A stretch of 64,000 nucleotides of DNA from Nemertoderma westbladi (Eukaryota > Animalia > Xenacoelomorpha): contig JAUCBJ010007881.1 of NCBI GenBank assembly GCA_032718475.1, positions 19,760 to 83,759 on the forward strand. Direction: 5' to 3'. This document shows positions 1 to 12,172 of this stretch, piece after piece; positions within the stretch are counted from its first letter, which is position 1, and every line of letters begins with the position of its first letter. The notes under the pieces are model-generated. The model did not search any database. It saw only the letters and a list, made by a program, of their open reading frames with translations, and was not told where the DNA came from. A program made the translations under genes and the position numbers.

Positions 1-800
1 GAACACAGCCAAATGAGACAGTGAAGTGGCGAGGTGAAACGGCGAAAGCAATGTCCTTCAAATCGGAGGCGACTTTGTTCCAGTGTCAAGCTTGGGGGAA
101 CCAATGAGACACCTCCAATGTTATATAGTGTCTGGTTGGAGATGTGTGCATTGTACTTGACACAATGAACCTGGCGTAGCATTCTTGTGAATGTGCCATC
201 CAGAGATTTAGTGTCCTCCGCAGTTAGAGCCCAGCATGGACTCCCATAGAGGAGTACTGGAATTACTGCTGCTCTAAATAATCGGACCTTAAGATTCCGA
301 TTAATTCTGTGTGACTTCCAAATCCTGGAAAGCCTATTCAGGGCTGCCCATGCCTTTCCCTTACGTATTTGAAGGTCCTAACTTCCTAATCCTAACTAAC
401 TAAAAATTAAAACTAACTTCCGGATCCATGATCCCAGGTAACAGAAGTCATCCACAGGCTCAAGCGTACCATCCTTTGAGCTTATGCGCATCCGGTCAGT
501 GACTTGCTGAGGACTTTCAAAGTTAACTGTCAAAATTTTGGTCTTTTTGGAGTTAATAAAACCAACACTAGAAGCAGCCTGTTCTAATGAGCTGAGGAGC
601 CGTTGGGCTCCCTCTAGTGGTTCTGAGAGTACTCCTAAGTCATCAGCTAAGTCTAGATCAGTTAGGTACTTGGCAGGATTTCCTCGACTTTTGTAGCCAG
701 TAGGTGGAGTAACCATCACCCCATCATTATTATGATGATTTAAGTACATGCGTAGAACATAGCCAACCACAATTATGAACAAGAATGGCGCAAGATAGTG
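1..800 (-). mobile_element. RTE-clade non-LTR retrotransposon fragment (C-terminal half of RT, degraded)
   Basis: Minus-strand translation LTDLDLADDL...INSKKTK...FCYLGS, continuing after a disruption as RKGKAWAALNRLSRIWKS...VLLYGSPCWALT; typical of RTE ORF2. Confidence 0.8.
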
Positions 801-1398
801 ATACTTTAAACGTAGAAAGGAAAATTAGAGAGATTTGTTTCTTAGAGAAATCATCGCTACATTTAGGGCGTCCAATTGAAGATTTCCAAAGAGCTGTGGA
901 ATAGGTTTCCAGTTGAGATGTGAATTTGCTAAAGCAATTGAGCACTACCTGTTACAACTGTTATAGTAGATGATTGAGATTAATGACCAACTGCTAACTT
1001 ATGCAGTTAACCAAACACTGCAACTAGAACGCCATCAAGATGGCTTTAAACGAACCTGTCTTACACAGACTCCAAGAAACAGATGGGATTGGAAGATGCA
1101 AACCAAGAATGACTTGCATCAACCAAAAAACTGCCTCCCATCTAATGTAATACACATTCGCCTAGGCAAACAAATCATAATCACAATTACTACGATGATG
1201 TGTGAAATGGTATCCATATCCGCAACCTGAGAAACGGCCCAAAAGAGCAGTTTATTCTGCGGAGGGGTCTTTTCTGTATTAGATAAATAAAATAAAGAAC
1301 ACTATAATTACAGTATTTATACCTGATACATTCTCAGTTAGCCTAATAAAAACATCGGAGCAACCAATATAATGTACATGTACAAGCATCCTATGAAA

Positions 1399-2461
1399 GG
1401 TGTTCGGACACTTCCCCCCCGGACACTTCCCCCCCGCGGACACTTCCCCCCCGACTCGACTGTTCTTAACTTCGCACATTCGTATTTTTCATTTTGTAAG
1501 GTAAACGGACCGCTTGTATCCAGATAAGTTGTATCCAATTTTCCTTTCGTAGCGCAGAAAGTGATCTTTTGCATCCCGATTTTACATTTTATATCCAAGT
1601 TTTATTTATGGGTTTTATCAATGCAATTACATCGTATTGTTTGCTAATCTTCAAACAATTAATTATATTAGATGACCTATAAATTCCATCCCCGGAATGA
1701 TATACTGTTTTTATTAACTATAGAATTATAAAAATTAATTGTTTTAATTATAGGTATTATTATGTAATAGTCTTCTTCAAATTGTAGCAGATGGGGATGA
1801 ATATTATTGTTGCAATCAAAATTATACCTCTCCAGGGTAAAATCGGTGTGCGTCGACCTGTATTCTGTGTTCAGCATTACTTATTGATATATATATTACT
1901 ACTATACATACTATATAGATATTATACACACTACATATTAAATTTCCTGGTTACTTGCAATATTTTTAATAGGATTTTGTTGAATTATATAATATTGTAG
2001 TAATTTATATATTAAATTGGTTAACATTCAATACAGCTCCTACTTTAGGCTTAGTCAATTTATTATCTGATGATACAAACATGAATTAATTATTTCAAAG
2101 AAGCGGGGGTTTGGGGGCGGTAGCCCCCAACAAAAGAAGCGGGGGTTTGGGGGCGGCAGCCCCCAATTAAAAGAAATTAAAAGAATTAAAGGAATTAAAA
2201 GAAAAACAAACAAAATTTGACTATAAAAATGTTTCTTTTATAATTTTGAAAAAACTTGTCTAGATACAACTTGTCCTGTAACCATCTTTAACTTTTGTTT
2301 ATTGCTTTGATGCACCCAGATTAATTTTAACACTTTAACTGGGGGGGAAGTGTCCGGGGGGCAAGTGTCCGGGGGGGAAGTGTCCGGGGGGGAAGTGTCC
2401 TACTTGGGCGGGGGGGAAGTGTCCGGGGGGGAAGTGTCCGGGGGGGAAGTGTCCTAGATCC
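1399..2461. mobile_element. Non-autonomous Mutator-like (MULE/foldback) element
   Basis: Terminal inverted arrays GGACACTTCCCCCC / GGGGGGAAGTGTCC; 9-bp direct repeat CCTATGAAA at 1390-1398 and 2462-2470. Confidence 0.8.
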
Positions 2462-2680
2462 CCTATGAAAGTTTGTGAAATGTTCCCTTAAGTCTACCCA
2501 ACAGCCGTTGGTACCCGGCTGGCAGCCACCCTGGTTCAGTTTTATGGTTTTGTTAGTTTAATCGACAGCTGTTGTAAACGTATATACAAAACCTACTAAG
2601 CCTTTGCATTCCAATTGAGCTTAGCCTAAGTTGATGACAGTATTATAACGATGACAATTAGGCCCTATAGATACATACGA

Positions 2681-2779
2681 TATATAAATGATGTACTGCT
2701 TGACATTACACTAACTGGCTGAATAGAGATAGAACTATAATAATACGTTTGGCATTCTGTCAGATTTCAGTAGTAAGTA
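2681..2779 (+). promoter_or_regulatory. Possible TATA box and non-coding first exon of the peptide-precursor gene
   Basis: TATATAAA at 2681 and a GTAAGT donor at ~2774. The ATG at 4225 directly follows a splice acceptor, which implies an upstream non-coding exon. The assignment is inference. Confidence 0.3.
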
Positions 2780-3534
2780 ACCTCATAATAATTGCTAAAT
2801 ATCAATCACCTGAAAAACATTTCAAGCAAGGGAGTTGTGGGTATTTAATTTCGCGTTCAATAATGTTGAAAATATGCAAATATTTCGAATATCGCACTTC
2901 GAATCGTTCCCAACTTTTTTATTCAACAACTAGACAACAATTGATAAATACTTGCGTTTACAATTTTACAATGCATGCAAGTGGTTTCAAGCCATTTGGT
3001 GAACATACATAGTGACATATATAGTGATATAGGTAAATATATCCATCGTGTTTTTGCCGGCCTCAGCTTTAGACAAAAACTACCCAGTCTAAAGACAGGT
3101 TCGTTATTACCGAGCTTTCGATTTGCACTTTAAAAATGTAAGAATTGAGAATACTCGAAACGTGTCCCAGAAGTCACTTTGCAGCGTAACAAAATTCATT
3201 AATAGTACTAATTAATTGTAAGCTGGGATAATATCACTGGGACAATCACTCCCGAAGTTATATTCTGTGTATTATCGCAGACTGATGATGATGTCAGATA
3301 GTGGCTCAAATTGCCTGCAAGTTAAATACAGTTTATTTTATTGTTTTGGTTAGAAAACACAGCCACTGTAATCTGCTCCTTTCTATTAGATAGTTTCAGT
3401 GGGATAACAATGTGCGCAACCTGTTGAATTTTAAAAGCTATGAAACAAAAAAAAATACGACAAAACCTGTCTCACAGAAACAATCAACAGTGAAACCTTA
3501 GCTATAAATGAAATATATATAAAAAATATATGTA

Positions 3535-3564
3535 TCTATACCTATAAAAATCAAATTCTGTCTG

Positions 3565-3601
<37 letters not shown>

Positions 3602-3829
3602 GTGTTCGAACTCCTCCAAAACGGGCAGAGGGATTGCGCTGGGACTTGGCATGTGTGTATAACTTTAACCAGCGGTCGTTATAGGCCACTTTTCGAAAAG
3701 TATAATTCACGTTCGGTACCGGTACTGGGTACCGGTACGTCAGTAGGCCTATACCGGTACCAGTACGCCAGTAGGCATATGCCGGTAGCGGGAAATACCG
3801 GGTAACATGCCTCGGGTATTGCCTGCTAG
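3535..3829 (+). mobile_element. Non-autonomous Helitron
   Basis: A|TC 5' end, internal (TC)n microsatellite, subterminal hairpin AATACCGGG...CTCGGGTATT, CTAG|T 3' end. Confidence 0.7.
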
Positions 3830-4224
3830 TAAAACATAATAATAAAAATTCAAATTAAATTTGAAATTGAAGAAAATTAAGAGTGTTAATTTCAAAAATA
3901 TAAGTTATATTTTTGACGTGTTATAGCCCAATCATATTCAGAAGAGACAATTATTGTGTGAACAGAAAAGATAATGAAGTAAATATTGCACCTTCAAAGT
4001 ATCGTATGCGTTCATTAACAACAGCAAAATCCTGGCTGCTGTGGGAGTTTGAAATGAACAACTACGACATTAATGACATTTACATTTCAAGATAAATTCG
4101 TTTATTAACACAATACAATTATGCTAAATTTAATTGTTCTTCGTATTGAAATAAATCCGCCTTAATATTTTTTTGTAATCATTGACTAACATTTAATATC
4201 ATTATAAATTATCTATTCCTTTAG

Positions 4225-4365
4225 ATGAAGAGTTACATTTTGTGTGCAGTTATTTGTGTTGTAGTACTGAGCTGTACACTGACAAATGCGCAGCCAAATA
4301 TGCATAGCTTCTCTGCGCCAATGTCCCATGTCCAATGGCTTAAACGGAATGGACAAGGAGTCAAG
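4225..4365 (+). CDS. Putative neuropeptide precursor, coding exon 1 (signal peptide, peptide, KR site)
   Basis: ttccttTAG|ATG acceptor; MKSYILCAVICVVVLSCTLTNA-QPNMHSFSAPMSHVQWL-KR-NGQGVK; AAG|GTAATG phase-0 donor. Confidence 0.7.
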
Positions 4366-5259
4366 GTAATGTGTAGTTAGTTTACTTGGTATAATAATAG
4401 ACCAATATATATATTATAGTTTAATTATTGAAAGTAAAACTTACAGTTAGTTATACCATAGAAGGCGGACTAGCTCAGTTGGGCATTATATGTGTAAATA
4501 TGACTAGATGTTGCATTTTGTTCCTGAAATGAAACAAATGTCACCATTTGGTTTTCCACTAATTGTTGGGGCCTGTGGTAATCAGGTATCTGGAGCAAAC
4601 GGCTGAAACTCCACACAGGAGTTGCAGGGATCACGTTCTCTGGCCACTGCCAACATAACAACAAACTTTAGGATATCTAAATTATCGTATTTTTGTGACA
4701 TATTATGTAAATTACTATTTTAAGTCAGGGGTTATGAACAGAGCAAGAAGCGTAATGCACAGCATGTGAAGTTTAAATGAAAGTATTTGCATGGGATCAT
4801 TTCTTGCCCATAATATGATTTTCAGCATCAAGATATATCAAGGCAGTCCAGTGAAGGGCGCCAGAAGTTGTAAGTTATACGTAATTATGATGGAGACCAT
4901 TTGAAAGAATGAAAAAGAACACCACAGCGCTGTCAATGGCTACTAAGGTTGCCGAGATTGATCTCCGGGCCAGTGGGTGTTTGGGGGTGATCGTGATCAA
5001 CTGCGATGAGGATAGCAGTGGTCGAGGAATACTTCGATACTCCACACCACAGCTTCCAGAAGAAGGCTTATGTGATCGAGCTCCTCCAGTGTGCCCGAGT
5101 TAATCACGCCAAACCGGAGGAGATATGGCAGGGATAATTACCGTGAGCCACAGTTTATTAGCAGTGGCTAAGTTTGTTGAAGTGAGATTAACTTTTGATA
5201 ATAGAAGAAAACAGCACGCGATTTTCTTTTATACTTTTCATTGTAGTGGCCGCTTGCGA

Positions 5260-5360
5260 CTATTGTAGTGGTCAGTCGCGTGGTGTCCAACAAGGAGACG
5301 GACTCAGTCCATATCTATTCATCCTTTACATCACCGATTTGATCACGTACATCCTGTATA
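5260..5360 (+). mobile_element. Short LINE RT remnant
   Basis: GVQQGDGLSPYLFILYITDL matches the non-LTR RT motif G-x-x-Q-G-x-x-L-S-P. Confidence 0.6.
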
Positions 5361-6033
5361 GTCACCGCTTCGCAATGTAGTCAGTCACTCGATTAAGCTG
5401 CCACTGATTTCATCACCACATTATGCAGAACTCAAGGATTCCACCAGTTAGATGAAGGCCGCTGTGTTTGTGTGGGGAACCAACCAGCCACTTATTTCCA
5501 TCTGATCCAATGCCACCGGAACAAAAGTTCATTGTCATACTGGGCCTCACTATAGCTTTTGAAAACATATATTATCCAAATTTTAACAACTAATTATTAT
5601 TATAGGCTATGTTTGTGTTTTATACCTTCCTGTATTTTTCTTTTAACTTATATTTTATTGCATTGGGGCTTAACCATACTAACACCATGCCACGACCCTG
5701 GCATGGCTTCATCCTGATTATATATATTGTAGTGGCCGCTTGTGACATTCTTAATTGTTAGAGTCACTCCTAGGTAGTTAAATAGGTTCACAAATTCGAT
5801 TGCTGTGTACCTCTGTAGGTGAGCTTGCCGTTGTTACATAGGTAGACTCCATGACGAAAAGTGATTGGTTTGGTTTTTGTTGAGTTAACCTTTAGATCAT
5901 TGGCACAATAAACCGATAGAGTCAATGAGTGTCTGCGCCTCTATGGAGTTACCAGTTATGGCGACATAACTTTTAACTTTATGTTAATTGCCTTATGGAG
6001 TTTTAATTGCCTTATGGGGTGTTAATTGCCTTA

Positions 6034-6660
6034 CTACTACTACTACTAGGCCGAGCGAACTCGGACAGTGGAAATGAGATCCTTCCAGGCTTCCCGATTC
6101 TCCATAGTTTCTCTCAAGTTCAGTATCCCTTTCAAGCTGGTCTATATATGTTATAGCCGGTCCTCCACTGGTACGCTTTCCGTGAGTTGGTTGCCAGAAA
6201 TGTAGGTCTGGAATGACCTCGTCTTTACTTCTCCAGCAGTGCCCACTGAATTTGAATCTGCGTTCATGGGTGTTGTTGATACAAATGGTATAGTACCATA
6301 GAGCTCGGCGTTTGTCATGTGTTGTCTCCAGCTGATGTTTAGGGCTGCCCTTAGTAGTCTTGTGTAGCAACCATAAATTCGGTGTTCAAGTGATTTCGTC
6401 AATGTCCAGGTCTCACCCCCGTATAAAAGTACACTTTCCACTGTGGCTCGAAAGAACTTAGTCTTCAGGTGCCTGGAGAGATCTGATTTCCAGATGGTAT
6501 TCATTTTTGATAGAGCTACCCAAGCCTGTGCTTTCCTAACTTCTTATGTCCTTTTTGCTACTCTCTATCCATGATCCAAGGTACTGGAAGTCGTCGACCT
6601 TCCTTAGTTGATTATTATCAATGGTTGTCAAGTTTCCATCATCATTTGGCATCATTAACA
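6034..6660 (-). mobile_element. 5'-truncated RTE-clade LINE
   Basis: KVDDFQYLGS, FFRATVESVLLYGGETWTLT, GHCWR motifs; (TAG)n tail; 24-bp TSD CCTTATGGGGTGTTAATTGCCTTA at 6010-6033 and 6661-6684. Confidence 0.9.
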
Positions 6661-6746
6661 CCTTATGGGGTGTTAATTGCCTTAATTATGCTAATTGCAT
6701 TTGGAATAATAATTAATAATTAATATTTTAATTTTTTTACTTTAAG

Positions 6747-6809
6747 GAAACTGATAAATGTAGCCGTTTAATCGATGCGATGTATTCCTACATTTCTGAA
6801 GTAAAGCAG
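6747..6809 (+). CDS. Putative neuropeptide precursor, coding exon 2
   Basis: Polypyrimidine tract plus AAG acceptor; open phase-0 exon ETDKCSRLIDAMYSYISEVKQ; consensus CAG|GTAAGT donor. Confidence 0.6.
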
Positions 6810-8181
6810 GTAAGTTCATAGAAAACCTAACATAACAAAAATATCAAAATCTTTACTCCAACAGCAGCAGTAGCCAGCTTCACCTATTGTAGCATGGTCA
6901 ATTACGAATTTGTACCTGACCCATGGAATTTAAATTTACCACTTTATAACAAGGGCTAAAATAGTCCAACCTATACTCAGATATATTGTATTACAAGGTA
7001 GAAGAGAAAAGAGTTAAGGTAGAAAAATGCAGTGACGTAGTTGCTGAGACATTGTATTAGCTATTATTCTTTTTCCATCGATTAATATCATGGCCAACAT
7101 GGGTCGAAAGCTTTTACAGTTAAACAATACTAGTGCATGCTATCTATATGGACAGAATAGTATAGTGATTGTAGACATTGATACCAAGATCTATACAGCC
7201 TAATAGAAACTCTATATATATGTTTCCTATCATTTAACGTTAAAGTATTATTTTACTGGTTAGTCACTAGAAAGCCAGCAAGCTGGCTTTAAACGAACCT
7301 GCCCCTCAAACCAGTACACTGAGTGAGCGAAAATGAAAACACGAAAATTGCCATCAACTCAATGATAGAAACACCAGCTGCTGGTACTCATGAGGGCCTA
7401 GTAAGCTACTACTATTTATTGAATGGATAGCCCAAACTGCACAGAAGTAGGCCTATATTACTTGCTAAATTTATTACTCTCTCACTCTATCTCAGACAGT
7501 AATCAAACATCAACTGTTAGTTTGTATAATATATTACCCCGCCAGCTGAATAGCTCTTCCCAGTGGATCCTATGGGAATATCATTGTAAGCACAGGGCCG
7601 TTCAAATGTTTTATAGGTTGATGATAATGAATGATGAGGGACCCAACTACACTACGTTTGTCTATATGGACGGTCTCCTTACAGCCAGCTGACTGGCTTT
7701 TCTAATTTAATCATATTATTCTGCAACCAATAGTTTACTCATTTAGACGAATTAGTGCGTTTTTTTGCCGGACTAACAAATTTTGGCGACGTTCTGTGCG
7801 AGATTGGCGATATTTGAAAAGATTCTGAGGCTCAAATATGTTGCTCAAATGACTGAATAGCCCAAATAAAAAAGTTGGTGCATACTCGACGAGATGAAAT
7901 CGGTGAAATTCGACTTTAAAGTTTCAAAATTTTATTTTTCACTATTTTTCAGTGACCCCGTGATCGAAACGCCACAAAAAATATACAGTCTTGTGCGCAA
8001 CCAAAATTTTTGTTGAGTTTCTTATTAAAATTTTTGCGTACCTTCTTGAGTTTTTGAGATATTGGATGGTTATACATACACACACACACACAACAACGTC
8101 GTGTTTTTGAACGGCTCAACTCTTGACTTGAATCTCAGCTCTAATATATAATATCTATAATATCTAATAATATCTAAGCTC

Positions 8182-9202
8182 TTGAATCCAATTAGAATAA
8201 AATGCAATAAAATAATCCGTGCAATCACTTTTAGTCACTACCAAGCGCATGCTGCTCCCTTATATAAACAATTAAATATTCTACCCTTAGGAAAATGCCA
8301 TGAACTTGAAGTTAATAAATTTATGTTTGATATAACTCACAAAAAAAAACCGCAACCACTACAACACTTTTTCCAACAAACTGCTAATATCCATCGCTAC
8401 CACACAAGATCCACAACTTCGCAAAACTTCTACATTCCATATGCCAGACTACAGCACACACAAAACTCACTGATGCACACCGGCCCAAAAATCTGGAACA
8501 AACTACCCCCCTCATTAAAAAACTCAGTATCTCGTAAATCGCTTTCTCGAAAACTGAAGAAACATTTCCTATTCGACCTACAGTAACAATTACTTATTAA
8601 ACGACTTTACTCTCCCCTCTGTCTTAGTCTGCACCCACACCCCGGACCCAACTTGTGTCTCTATTAACGATACACAGTGCACTCTGTGCGTCACGTGGAA
8701 GATTGGTACACTGCCTCCGCCATGTTGTTTTCGCATGGTAGATGGTAAATAATTCTAGATAGCTCCAATAAATTCTAGACAACTTCAATCGTTACACTCT
8801 AATCGCAACAATCGCTGCCTCTCCCTTAGTCCCTACCTCTACCCCCACCCCCCCCCCCCCCCCTCCCACGCCCCTACCCCCCCCCCCCCCCCCCACCACC
8901 CCCTCCCCCTTATTTTAATACACCACATGAACATATAAACATATATTATCTCACTGATAGTCTACACTAGCTTCGCTACAGACTACAGTGGGAATAACTA
9001 ATACTATACTTTCAACATGACTGTGCCACTGCCGATTTAAGTTTAATGTGTCTAATTGTCTAATATCACATTACCATTGTATATTTACAGTACAGTATGT
9101 TGTTCAGTTACATTCAAAATGTTATGCTGTGCTATGTTTTATATGTAACTAATATACGAGCTCGCGAGGGCTCATCGAATTGAATTGAATCGAATTGAAT
9201 TG
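8182..9202 (+). mobile_element. 3' end of a CR1/L2-group LINE
   Basis: ORF2 C-terminus HAAPLYKQLNILPL...HRYHTR...GPKIWNKLP, then a 3' UTR with poly-C and an (ATTGA)n tail at ~9176-9202. Confidence 0.8.
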
Positions 9203-11538
9203 ACAAGAACTACCCTGGCCTATTAGAGGCATGTTCGTTATTATAATGTTTGATTTATCTATAATATGGTTACGTGACAATGGTGTATCCACGCAAATAA
9301 TATAATAATAATATTAAACTGAAAATCGTCTGTCGTCGTCATTGTTATACTGGGTGGAGCCGTTATTGTGGGCTTCATAAATCTTTGACTGGGATCTGCG
9401 GGCAGTTAATAAATGGGAATTTCCTGCGTTGTATCGTAGTGATTTAAGCTGATAAGTAGGTGGTGTATATGATACGTAATGGTATATGTGAAAAATTAGC
9501 CTCGTATTCTGTTGTGTGTGGTATTATTATATACAGCGGACATAGATTTTTAGACGAAGATTTTTATTCTGCGCAATAAAGAACCAGCAGCGTATTAAAC
9601 ACATAGTTAACACAGATGCGATCCTGGTAGGATTTAGCCTGATCGAATATCAGACACTGCAACCTTGTAATTTACATTCACACAATCCCGGAAGGATTTA
9701 CCCTGGATAAAGTGTAATGCATCAAACCGGTTAATTTATATTTAGACAATCCTTTAAGGATTTATACATTGATCTAAAATGGAATGTTGAGAACCTGTTA
9801 ATTAAGGATCCAAAGATTGAAAGCCAAACATCAGGTTAATATGGGACGAATTTACTCCATTTAATATTACATTGGACTAGTTTTCGGTTTATGCATTGTA
9901 GTTCTGTAATAAATGTGGTATTTATTGATTTATATACCAGTGATTGCGATTGGTCAATAAATACATTATAAAGATATATGTAGTCCATATATATGTCCAA
10001 TGGATAACTGGTTCCTGATAGGGAAATAAAGAAAAAAGGTTTGGATAGTTATGATGTGTTCAACCTTTGGAGTTAGTATGCCACCCTCATTGCCTCACGG
10101 GTAACAGATGGGCTAAAATGTGGGTCCAGTTTATGACAAAACATAATTAAAGTTATTACATTCGAACGTATTGTAGGTGAGAACGATAATAATTTATTTA
10201 TTTATTCAGTTACAAATCAATTACGATATCTCGATACTGTACTGCTGCTTTTTACTTATTGATCAAATATAGGGCCTATATACACAGATAATGCACAAAC
10301 AATATACAATATGTAATAATAGTGTAGCTCATCTACCCCTGGAATGCTCAATAATCAAACATAATGGAGAAACCAATTAATATCAGATAGAAAAATAAGT
10401 AACCTCGATGCACTTCGTTTCCTAGACAATTCTAATAATGATTTTCTTGAGTTGTCCAACGATATCATCATTGACCTCAGACTGAAAAATCATGCTCCAG
10501 CAGAATTTACTCTTGACCCGGCTCTTAGAGGTCCAATTGAGATATTCCCTCCTAGTACTTTGTCAGAACACATAAACATGAAAGAGATTGGCCCGCAGAT
10601 CATCAAGCACTTCATTGTGGTTCATCTACATTTCTTGCAGGATAGATCATGGTCGTGGTCGTGGTCGGGTGTATTTAAGACATAACAGACACAGGGGGAA
10701 TGTATTGTATACATGTTTTACGTTGCTTAGTTACAATACAAGAGTTATCAAATTGAACAGCTGCAGAAGAAGTAGGATTTGTAATCCCAAGACCACCATA
10801 GCGCCCTGGTGATCTAATATGTCCTTAAGGCCTGAGTCGCAAAAGGAACGCAACATAGATGGGATTAATCGCTTATAGATTCTCATCCAAAAAAGATCCT
10901 CATCACCTTGAATTGAATGAATAAATTGAATTGAATTGAAGTCTCTTCTTTATATTAGAATTATTAAAATAAAAACAAATAAGTACGGAAATTTACAATA
11001 TACATGAATTGAATTGAACGCTGAATCTGAATTTGTTATTATTACAAATAACCACATCAAAAGCTACCAGTGCTACCAATAAACTATAAAACATTTTATG
11101 TATTTAAAACATTAATGAAAAAGAGGGGAAGCCCACCAAGGCCAATTGCACTTATTGGGGGCGCTGCGCAGCATCACAAAAGATTTATTAATTTGACTAC
11201 GTCACTGGGAAGTGAATTCCATAATGGCACTACTCTATTGGCAAACAAATGTAACACCGCTGGAAAAATATCCATCTAGAACTCAAGCTATGTGTAAATG
11301 CAGCATATGCTCCACTTAGCTCAGTTTCAGCTATTTCTCCTAACTTTTCGATCTGTTCACACCACCCTGCAACCTTACACTTGGCAAACATTGAAATTAA
11401 GTCTTGTGAAAGTTCCTATGACACCGACTTCTAAAATTGTTGGCAAGTAATAATATACTTCTGAATATCATTGTATATATTGAATATCATTATTATCTAT
11501 TGAATATCATTATTAGGCCCTCTCTATCGATTTTTCAG

Positions 11539-11586
11539 AAGCACCAGCTGGTGTTTTTATCATTGTGTCAATGGACGGCGTTTTAA
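11539..11586 (+). CDS. Putative neuropeptide precursor, last coding exon
   Basis: TTTTTCAG| acceptor; phase 0 gives KHQLVFLSLCQWTAF*, supplying a second Cys. The join to exon 2 is inferred. Confidence 0.4.
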   Translation, partial: KHQLVFLSLCQWTAF

Positions 11587-11765
11587 GTCTATATTTCGAG
11601 CCCAGAGGCTATGGAGGGAGTAGGCGAGTATGCCAGAGACCTTAGAATCCTGTCAGCCAGTGGAGTTGCTGTGAAAATTTATCGTTAGCGTTAGAGTAGT
11701 TTTGGCTGAAGATGAGTCAGTCAGCCAGTCACGAGCAATACTTACAGTTCGTAACCTCTCGGTTC

Positions 11766-12172
11766 GGTTGGTTGAATTCTTAGCCCGCGAGTATTCTTAG
11801 ACTGACGGTATTCTTAGCCCGCGAGTATTCTTAGCAGTATTAAAGGAGCAGGTTTCAGAAGCGTATTGGGGGAACCAAAACAATAAACGTTATTGAATGG
11901 GAGAATCTTTTGGGCTCGTTAAGCCAAGGAATGCCTATTCACCACCATGGGTGATCTTCCACAGTAAACCCTTCCGCTCTGTTTCCCAAGTTGCCTTGGT
12001 TCCCATTTATCGACCACTGAAGGATGAAAGCCGGGGTTGGGCTAGGCTGCAGCATTTAAAGCACTGTGCCCAAACAGTGCTGCCCCATCTAGGGATCGAT
12101 AAACGTTATTGTTTTGTGGGCTAAGAATACCCACGGGCTAAGAATACTCGCGGGCTAAGAATTCCTGAGACC
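11766..12172. mobile_element. MULE-like MITE containing a nested short retroposed insertion
   Basis: Inverted repeats GAATTCTTAGCCCGCGAGTATTCTTAG / CTAAGAATACTCGCGGGCTAAGAATTC; flanks CTCGGTTC / CTCAGTTC. Internal ~200-bp insert (11896-12098) flanked by 13-bp ATAAACGTTATTG duplication, SINE-like. Confidence 0.65.

Noticed and set aside
8840-8910. Poly-C tract as a functional G-quadruplex
   Set aside because: Part of a LINE 3' UTR; homopolymer lengths are unreliable.
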